A DNA stretch of 64,000 nt. It comes from Amoebophrya sp. A120 (taxonomy: Eukaryota > Protista > Dinoflagellata). Location of the stretch: NCBI GenBank assembly GCA_905178155.1, contig CAJINV010000002.1, positions 8,265,224-8,329,223 of the forward strand, written 5' to 3'. The position numbers and the translations under genes were made by a program. How positions within the stretch are numbered: the stretch's first letter is position 1; each line of letters opens with the position of its first letter. Positions 56,101-64,000 of this stretch are shown here, piece after piece. The notes under the pieces were generated by a model that was given only the letters and a program-made list of their open reading frames with translations, did no database searches and was not told where the DNA came from.

Positions 56101-59100
56101 TCAGCAAGAAGATTGAAGCCGCGATCCGCGAAGCGGCCGGGCCGGACTACGAGAACTTTACGGCGACCAAGGCGCTGGTGAAAGAGTTGACGCAAAAAGA
56201 GCGCTATCCTCTGCAGCAAAAGTATAATCGCACTCGTGGTATGTAAGTTCTGGTAGTAACCTTCCCAAGCCACCATGCGTGACAAATCTAATTTTCCAAA
56301 CGTGAAGATCTATGAAATGACGACAAATTTGTTACCTGTTTGAGAAGAGTTTAAATTTGTTATTGTACTGCATGGCATTGATCAGATACTAGAACTAGTG
56401 CGATTATAGCGATACTTTTACGATGCATAAGCGTGTGACATTCTTGCGTGAGGTGGTTCGCGAAATCGAGTACAAGCGAACGTCATCCCGGCACGCGCAG
56501 TTCCATTCCGACAACTTCGAGAACAGCTCCTCCGCCGACACCGGCAAAAACTGTTTTTTCACACTGGGGCTGGTAAACTGCCGTCGGGCCGGGCTGTTTG
56601 GCGCGGACGCCAAGAAGGAGGGTGCGCTTATCGAAATGAAATTTGTTACCGTGTTCTAATATCTTCATCTTGACGTACTACAAATGGAATCTTCAATGCA
56701 GCGCAAAACTTCGTTTCAACTTCAAGATGAACCAGCTTTGTGCAGTATGACAAAAAGTAGAAGTCCGCCTCTCATGGTGTTCTCCTGGGAGGTTGACAGC
56801 AAACAAATTTGTAACTACATGGCTTTTGTCCAGAATTCAACATGCACGGTAAGAAATTCGTGTTGCATAGCGGCATTCCTGATGCTACTGGTCAACGCTA
56901 TTACCTCGCTGCACGCGGATGCGGAGAAAAAACCGGGAAAGTGGATCGCGGAGGAAGATTCTGACTTCGAAATCGACGACAACGAAGAGGGGACTTGGTG
57001 GTGGACCAGCATCACTGCGAACAAAAATTCCCTTACCTCCCTGCACGTCGACGGTGGCAACCTCGGGCCATCGTTGCTGTTTGCCGTTGGCGACTTCATC
57101 GGGGGCGAGACGCTCACCCTGCGAAGAGACTTCCACCCCGACGACCACTACTCCAAAACATTATGGGTGGAAGTGACGAACGAAAAATGCCGGAAGGCGG
57201 CGAAAAAATATGGGAGCTACTGCCGAACGGAGCCGGTCGACCGCATGGCGAAGAAGCAGAGCCCGCGGAAGTACGACCACAAGTATGGGGCCCCGTTCTT
57301 GTTGCACGCCGGATTTCAAGAAGAAAAGGCGGGGCGCATGTTTCTCCCCATGGAGCGCACGCCGGTCAAGGACATGGTCGCAGAATACGATGGCCGCATC
57401 CCGTATCTACATGATAAAACTTCCGACACGCAGACGGGTTGCGCCCTTAGTAAAAGTAGAAACTCCAGCACAGCAGGGTCGTATTTCTGTGCTGCCGTAC
57501 TATTACGGTTTCGGTTACCAGTGCAGGGATTCAGTTTCTTTAGGTTGCTTGGTAGGATCTATTTGTCATGCCTTTTCTAGTACGTCTACGTGTCAGAGAA
57601 AGTTGTGTTGCATATTTCGCACTGCACCGCGCCGTTCTTCCGCAGCGACTTCATTTCTTCCGGAAAGATCGACAAATCTCCTCTATCAACTGCATCCGTG
57701 TCTGGGTCTGGAACTGGATGAACAGCATTCGACGTCGTAGGTTCGTGTCTGCAAACATTGCATGTCCGGCAAAGGCTGCGCAGCTTTCTCGTTTTCCATG
57801 TGCAAAAACCAAAACGCAGCTTGTAGTTTAACGCGCACGCGCGCAGATATGCACCATTAGTGAACAGCACCAAAAAAAGTTTTTACGTTTTGCTGCTGCT
57901 CTTGACGAAAGCATCAGAATCAGCAACATTTGATGTGCATCAGTGAGTAAATTTTGGCTTCCAGGCCCAGGCACTTTTGTTACAGTGCATATTCCTTGAA
58001 GGGGATCGATGTGACCCGATGGATGAGCATATCCGAGATTGAAAAGGCGTACGAGTACTGCACCAAAATGCACACTATGCGATGCAAACGTGTCTGGGTC
58101 TAGAAAATTTGCATTGTAATCATGCTTCGTCGGGAGCACGCAAAAGTCTCTAATTGTGTTGCATGACCGCCAAAGTGTTTTCGCTTATTTGTGCAACGAG
58201 AATATGAGTAAGCGTTTTTGTCACATAAGACAGGCATGAGAAATGCATGAGCCTTTCTCCTTTACGAAACCTGCAGTGCTTTTCTTGTGCGCAGAATTTC
58301 ACCAGAGGACCCATCTTGCAGTGTGATGCAGAGGACGCATGACACTCTTTCAGACCAAGACATTTTTGCTTTGCATAGACACAGGCGACGCGGCGGCAGA
58401 TTCCGGTGCGGACCGGTATGTTTTTGTGCTGTACGGCCATTCGATGTGGAACCACAAGGGTCTCGGGACGGCTAAACTGCTACGCATTGCAAAATTATCG
58501 CAGTGGGATAATAAACAGCTGTATTCTGAAATGACGCTTGAGTTTTGCAACAGAAAAAAAGAAAAAATGTCATGTCTGGTGTCGTATCGCGTTTTCTTTT
58601 TCATACAGAGGATCTTCTGCATTTTACTTCTAGTTCATCTAGGTGTAGCTACTCAAGAAAACGCAAAGAGCAGGTCATCTTTAATTCAAATCCTTATCCT
58701 ACGAGTGCGATATTTTTGAAAAGGATAGCAGCTCCAAAGCTATGGCTTCGACCGTTGCGGCGAGAAGTGGGGACCTGCGCAGCGATGGTGGATGAGGCAG
58801 TTGGCGGAAAAGAGAAAACTGGCGGTGGCGTATAAGGGGGTGAAGATGTACTTGAAGCAGCAGCAGACCAGCGACTCCCAGGCCTGGGTGAAGAAGCAAA
58901 TCGCAGACAGGTACACAGATGAATCCCGCGTGACCATCGAAATGATCTGTGAGGAGCTTGGGCTATTAGAGTTGTGCCGGAAGGCGCAGGCCGCGGCGAT
59001 TCGCCAGGGCACACCGTTCAGATGGAAAGAGGTCAAGGAAAACACGAAGCCGGGCTCGCTGGGAAAGGCGGGGACCTTGAAAACGCCTCTAGAAATGTTT

Positions 59101-61246
59101 GATGACTACATCCGCGGAATCCACCAGGCGTTACGGGTTTGCGAAGGCCGGCATCTGCCGACGTTTTGTGACGTCTTTTCTGAAAAGTTTCGCGAGACCT
59201 TTGGGATCAGTAGTGTGATGGAGTACGCGGAGCATTTTGGCTGCTTTCGAGACCAGCAACGGAAAAAACTGATCGACCAGAGTCTCCGCCTCCCGCATGC
59301 AGATAGAAAAAAAGTGAAGGAGTTCCGCGGCTTACACAACCACAAATTGCTATTAGACGTCTGCTACGCATTACAAGAAGGGCACTGCGCTCTCACAAGT
59401 ACTAGCAACTTTTGCATGGCTTGCACTTTACTGCGACTTCGGGAATTCGTCATGTGTGTCTTTTGTGAATTAGTACGAGCGCAATGCCCCTTTTGCGTAG
59501 CATATCGACGATTCGTTTGACTCGGAAACTAACAGCGCAAAGGACGACTTCAAGGCCGTTGTCCCATGGCGATGGGACGGGCAGCACTGGTTTTGGCCGC
59601 GCAGCAAGGACGTCCTCGGGGAATTGTTGCCAGTGCAAAACTTGTTGAGGTACTGCATCTTCATCAAGGACAGCAGAATTCATGATTTGGGCCAGGGGGT
59701 GCACGTTCCAAGATTACCTTCCTGGAATACGACTTGTCAATATCATGTGGGGAAGTGGCCCGATTTGGAGGAACTGCTCGGCTGCCCAGAGGACAAACTA
59801 TTGCGGAAGGACTCGAAAGAGGAACTGGAGCAGCGCAGTCGCCGGATCGCCAATCGTATCACGTGCAAAAGTGAAACACTAGCAGGCCGAGCCAGCTCGT
59901 AGATGCATCCTGTTTTGCATGATAACAGCGGCAATTTGATCGCTGCCCCCTCCTTCTGTAGCCCAGTGCTATCTGCTTCCGCATTAGAAGTTGCGCCTCG
60001 CTTCTTGCGGATAAATATTATACATCAGCATACTCAACATACTCTAGAGCAATCCAATTCCTTTGTAGGAGTACTGTGCGAGTAGTACAACAACTTTTGC
60101 AATGCATGAATCGCAACAAGATTTTCGAGGGAGCAGACCATGAGGCTGTAGATGGTAGATCGAAGGGAGCGGATAAGAAAAAGCGGAACCCCGCTTCCTC
60201 CTCCTCCAGAAGTAAAAACTCCACGAGTGCCGCAGGGTGTGAAACCAAGCTGACCTCCGACCGTTCAAACAGCGCAACTGCTGGCGTCCGAAAATTCGAG
60301 AAGAAATACGATCGCTAGGCATCGCAAAAGTAAGTATTCTACTCGTACTGATGAAAATTGCCGCACCGCCTGACAGACCTGCTTCTTTATTGACCTGAAT
60401 TATGCACAAGCAGAAGCACGATGATCAATAGCATTTTCGTTCTGGAACAGTTACGTGGACATTGGTAAACGCAAGTGCCAATGTAACTATTGCGAGTACG
60501 ATACTTTTGCAATGCATAATCAAAAACGGGAAACAACCAGTTTGAACTCGTGGATAAATGTCTGTAGGCGGCCGTTTGCAGAGTATGTCTCAGACGAAAC
60601 TGCGCGGAAGATCATGTTGGACGGCATGAAAGGTAAATACCGGTTGGATGACGAACGCAGATACATAATCAACTCCTTGAACCAGGAAAAAGCCGAGAAA
60701 GAGGACAAAGAGGGCCCATTGGGAGGAACAACGAGGACGATTCACTACAAGCATGTCGCAAATGTAGCATCGCGCAAAGAGGTGTTGAAGTTGCTCGGCG
60801 GAGACCCCAAGGTGGCAGAGACGAACTGGGAGGGTATGCATTGCGTGCAAAAGTAACGCACCAGAGTGCAGGTTGGTTGCGTAATATTTTCTACTTCAGA
60901 ATATTGAAAGTTTTTCGCGAAGAGAATTGGCATGGATTTCTTTGTGAAAATTCAGGTAGCAGAAGCAGCTTCAATAGAGCTACGACAAGCAGACCACCGC
61001 ATTGTTCATGCATGATTGTAATTCTTTCTCTTCCGTATCCCTGTGTGATAAGTACTTTTGCAATGCATAGAAGGCACCATTAATGCAATCTTCGAGAAGT
61101 GGTGGAGGAACAACAAGAAATCTCAATCGTCCCACGTCCTCGACAGCACCAAGGCCAAACGAGCTGGCGCTGGAAGCAAGATGAATAAAGGTCGAAGCCC
61201 TTCCGTCACGATCCGCGGCAAATCCGTTACTAAGAAGAAGAAGTAA
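53161..61246 (+). CDS. ~1,803-aa protein with central TET/JBP-like 2OG-Fe(II) dioxygenase domain, 12 exons
   Basis: Exons 53161-53450, 53711-56204, 56435-56628, 56875-57403, 57620-57683, 57997-58075, 58383-58480, 58733-59364, 59510-59856, 60114-60315, 60524-60834, 61075-61246 (sum 5412 nt, no internal stop). Motifs FTLGLV, TSITANKN..LHVDGGNLGPS..GDFIGGE, YDGRIPHCTAPF, DRYVFVLY. Confidence 0.78.
56205..56429 (+). mobile_element. TIR introner, family B (225 bp), DR AGCGC/AGCGT
   Basis: TATCCTCTGCAGCAAAAGTATAATCGCAC ... GTGCGATTATAGCGATACTTTTACGATGCATA. In-frame KERVTFLR. Confidence 0.85.
56629..56869 (+). mobile_element. TIR introner (241 bp), DR GCGCT/GCGGC
   Basis: TATCGAAATGAAATTTGTTACCGTG ... 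CACGGTAAGAAATTCGTGTTGCATA. In-frame join. Confidence 0.82.
57404..57614 (+). mobile_element. Decayed TIR introner (211 bp), DR TCCCG/TTTCG
   Basis: TATCTACATGATAAAACTTCCGACACGCAGACG ... CGTCTACGTGTCAGAGAAAGTTGTGTTGCATA. Restores GRIPHCTAPF. Confidence 0.82.
57684..57991 (+). mobile_element. Decayed family A introner (308 bp), DR TCCTC/TTCCT
   Basis: TATCAACTGCATCCGTGTCTGGGTCTGGAA ... TTCCAGGCCCAGGCACTTTTGTTACAGTGCATA. In-frame KSPLKG. Confidence 0.82.
58076..58377 (+). mobile_element. Decayed family A introner (302 bp), DR CACAC/GACAC
   Basis: TATGCGATGCAAACGTGTCTGGGTCTAG ... CAGACCAAGACATTTTTGCTTTGCATA. In-frame KMHTGDA. Confidence 0.87.
58481..58727 (+). mobile_element. TIR introner, family B (247 bp), DR ACTGC/GCAGC
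   Basis: TACGCATTGCAAAATTATCGCAGT ... AGTGCGATATTTTTGAAAAGGATA. In-frame KLLQSYGF. Confidence 0.8.
59365..59504 (+). mobile_element. TIR introner (140 bp), DR TCTGC/TCGAC
   Basis: TACGCATTACAAGAAGGGCACTGCGCTC ... GAGCGCAATGCCCCTTTTGCGTAGCATA. In-frame join. Confidence 0.8.
59857..60108 (+). mobile_element. TIR introner, family B (252 bp), DR AATCG
   Basis: TATCACGTGCAAAAGT ... ACTTTTGCAATGCATG. Perfect DR, in-frame IANRNKIF. Confidence 0.85.
60316..60518 (+). mobile_element. TIR introner, family B (203 bp), DR ATCGC/ATCAA
   Basis: TAGGCATCGCAAAAGTA ... TACTTTTGCAATGCATA. In-frame join. Confidence 0.83.
60835..61069 (+). mobile_element. TIR introner, family B (235 bp), DR GAGGG/GAAGG
   Basis: TATGCATTGCGTGCAAAAGTA ... 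TACTTTTGCAATGCATA. In-frame NWEGTINA. Confidence 0.87.
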
Positions 61247-61870
61247 AGGCTCTTCAACATGAAAAAATTCGTTTTTTTTTGAATTTTGAAAAGTGAAAAA
61301 AAAAGATGAATAAAACTTCCACGACCGAGCACGGGGGTGCACCGGCGGGCCTGTTCCCGGCAGCCAGGCGAACAGCGTTTCTGTTGCAGTGCGTATTCGT
61401 AGTCGATGGTTGTTCTGGCAGGATGTTCCTCTCTTAAAGAAAACAGGTCGTGTGTCTGTGGTGTCGAGCTCCCCAAGATGATCAGATCTAGATCTCGCTT
61501 CGACTGCCTGCGGCAAGTGCTTTCCAACCTCTGCAAAAGGATCGCGTTTTCTCCTTTCTACTTGTGACGACTTACTCAAGTACATAGTAAGTACATGCTC
61601 TTATTCTGGTGCTGATTTCGTTCTTGGTTGTTCTTTTCAATGATCTGAGAGCAAGAAATCTCTTTTTTCAACAAGTGATCAAAAGAATTGCGTAGTCGGA
61701 GAAGTACACTGAAGTAGAAGTTTCTTTTTCTGCTGATCCTAGTAGACCATCTTCTGTAGTTGCGAATCAGGATCAGCAGTCCTTCCGTGGCTTCGAAGGG
61801 ACCTTTACTGATTGTGAGGCTCGGCGCCGCCTGTAGTGAAGATATACGCATAGCTTGTCGCAGTAGAAAA

Positions 61871-64000
61871 ATGATAAGTTTGGATCACTCGCCGGCGGCT
61901 CCTCGCGGGCCGAATTTACAACGAGAACTTCTAGCAGGCGCTGGAAGCTTGGAGTTCCCACGACCATCGCCGACACAAAGGAACTCTCGGCCCGCAGCTG
62001 CAGCATCGGCTGCCATGCAGCTGACAGCAACGAGGACGCCATCCAAAGCATTTCTGCTGACTTTTCTCGTGTCAGCGCTGGCGGGTCCGGCATGGGAATG
62101 GCAGGGGTGTCACGCAGCCGGAACCGCATCGGCTCCCCAAGAACGCGAAGACAGCTTCAGCGACGAAGATGAGGGCTTCGTGTTCGTTCCAGAGGCCGTC
62201 TCTGAAGCGACGACCGTGAGTAAGACTACAGACGTTCTGGGACCCACCGGCGCCGGGGACAGTGGAAGGTAATTTCAAGTTCGTAAGTGAGAAGTACTCA
62301 CGCAAATTTCAACTGTTTTTTATGTGTAGTTGACAGTATCAAGACCTCTGGCTCCGGCTTCCTAGTCAGCGTAAAAGAGGCAAGTCGTAATGGAATTCGG
62401 ATGACAATAATTTCTTTTGTTGTCGTTGTTCTGATGAACTTACCGTTGAAGTAGAAATTTGTCCTTACCCACTGAATTTCAGTTCCATCACCCCATTGAA
62501 TTGCTCCTCTCCGGGAGGTGCATCGATCGGCACGACATGTGCGCCGTCTACGCCTGCTTCCGGGACAGCATACAACAACCTGGATAATATCAAGCATCAG
62601 ACCACTCCTGTTGCGGACGACGACCAGGATGAGGATCCGCTCAAGGACGTCTTTTACATCTACGAGGAACCTGTCACGACACCTACCTCGTCGCGCGATC
62701 AATTACATGCAAGTAGGACCGCGAGCAGCGACACGACCCCGATGGATGTTGATACGAATGAAGCAGCTGGTGAAAGTGGAACGATGGAACAACCGACTCA
62801 TCAATCAGTTGCTACAAGTAGCGCCCAAGATGAACAAACTCCTCCTGTCAACAAGTACTACACCCGTGCCCATCGCCTTGGTGGAGAAAGTGACGACCAG
62901 TTCTTTGCGAGCGAGATGAAGACTACAGGCGGCAGTTTATGGGACTCTCAATTGTTACATTCTTAACTGTTACATGAATTTGTGATGCAAGAGGGGCAAA
63001 AGCGAAAGGAAGGACCTTGCGCATATTGCATGACAGACTTGGCACAGATTCTCGGCCTGTTTGGCCTTCTGGGAATTTGTCACGCGAAGCAGCTTGATGG
63101 TGTCGGTAGTCAAGGCACTTTTGCATGAGAAATCATGTATTAACAGTTGAGAATGTAACGCTTGAGAATGCCATACAGTTCCGATCAGGACGAGGAGGAG
63201 TGGCAGCTGTTGATGTGCGAGTCCGAGGTTGCCGAAACGCTTGCAATATCAACTGTAAAAATGTCTGGGTCTGGAAGAATTCATGTTTGTCATGCTTGTC
63301 TGCCATGACTCTGAAATCTGTCATGCGCGTTACCCAAGAGCTCCGTTTTTCTGTGATGCAGAAGCGCATTTTGTCATGCAGAATAGGCAACGCCTAGGAG
63401 CTCAGAAACTTGTCATGCTGAGCCAGCATTTGCAGCCTCATCATGAGACGCCACCCAGCATCACAAGTTTCCAGACCCAGACATTTTTACTTTTGATATG
63501 CAACCGAAGCGGAGCAGGAAGCGAGGCAGACGGCAGCCGACTTGTGGAAGGACTTCACGCGGGCGGTTCTGCGGCAGACGTACCGGAAAGTTTTGGAGAA
63601 AACCATCCAAGACGCGCAGGCCCGGCACTTCCAAGAACACGGAAAGACGGAACCGCCGACCGCTCTGGACGTGGCGGTCGCGAAAAAAATTGTAAAAAGC
63701 GCGCTCCTGAAAGGAGCGGCCCTTGCGTCGAGGTCTTCGGGTGGAGAGGACCACGGTCGTGCCCAAAGCGCTCCTGATGAAGATGCGGAAGATTATTTCT
63801 CCCTGCTCTCTTCGGGTGCTGGCACGAAACTTAACAAGCCGCTCCGCTACTTCGACAAAGTTATGGCCGCGAGGAGTCGTAGTTCGTCTTCCTCGGCGGA
63901 GGAGGACCACGATGAACACGGCGGAGATTTTCTTCTCAAGCAGAAATGGAGTCTGGCGCCGTTGGGTCTGAACCTGAGCGAAGATCCAGTATTGGAGAGA
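61871..64000 (+). CDS. Orphan secreted-type protein, 3'-truncated by the window edge
   Basis: Exons 61871 (or 62015)-62268, 62483-62937, 63181-63246, 63504-64000+. One GT-AG intron and two TIR introns. Signal-like FLLTFLVSALAG. Frame stays open to the window end. Confidence 0.7.
62938..63175 (+). mobile_element. TIR introner, family C (238 bp), DR CAGTT
   Basis: TATGGGACTCTCAATTGTTACATTCTTAACTGTTA ... TAACAGTTGAGAATGTAACGCTTGAGAATGCCATA. Perfect DR. Confidence 0.92.
63247..63498 (+). mobile_element. TIR introner, family A (252 bp), DR TGCAA
   Basis: TATCAACTGTAAAAATGTCTGGGTCTGGAA ... TTCCAGACCCAGACATTTTTACTTTTGATA. Perfect DR, in-frame ETLATEAEQ. Confidence 0.94.

Noticed and set aside
7240-63498. 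Repeated GTCTGGGTCTGGAA / TTCCAGACCCAGAC as a CRISPR array or bacterial REP
   Set aside because: The copies are dispersed inverted pairs inside eukaryotic exons, with no regular spacers and no cas genes.

Overview
Eukaryotic, intron-rich genomic DNA. Every supported gene (about 17) is on the + strand. This one-way gene array, the long Ser/Thr-rich insertions in proteins and the many non-GT-AG introns point to a Syndiniales dinoflagellate (Amoebophrya-like); that assignment is an inference. The dominant signal is 31 short (140-360 bp) elements inside coding exons. Each has terminal inverted repeats (TIRs) that usually begin TA(T) and end (A)TA, and is flanked by a 5-bp direct repeat (DR), perfect in young copies and decayed in old ones. 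Removing element + 5 nt restores the reading frame in each case, so they behave as non-canonical introners. Using that rule I rebuilt genes for STI1/HOP, an AEC/PILS-like transporter, DGAT2, a CS-domain protein, a sterol desaturase-like protein, an EF-hand Ca2+/cation exchanger and a YtcJ-like amidohydrolase. The same rule gives a hidden ~1,800-aa protein with a TET/JBP-like 2OG-Fe(II) dioxygenase domain. Also present are intronless ZIP and MFS transporters, orphan secreted-type proteins and a GC-rich, probably DIRS-like relic. At 40.6-41.4 kb there is an unexplained module: telomere-like repeats, a perfect 62-bp palindrome and a UUCG-capped four-way-junction RNA candidate. All splice models were derived by eye and need transcript data.
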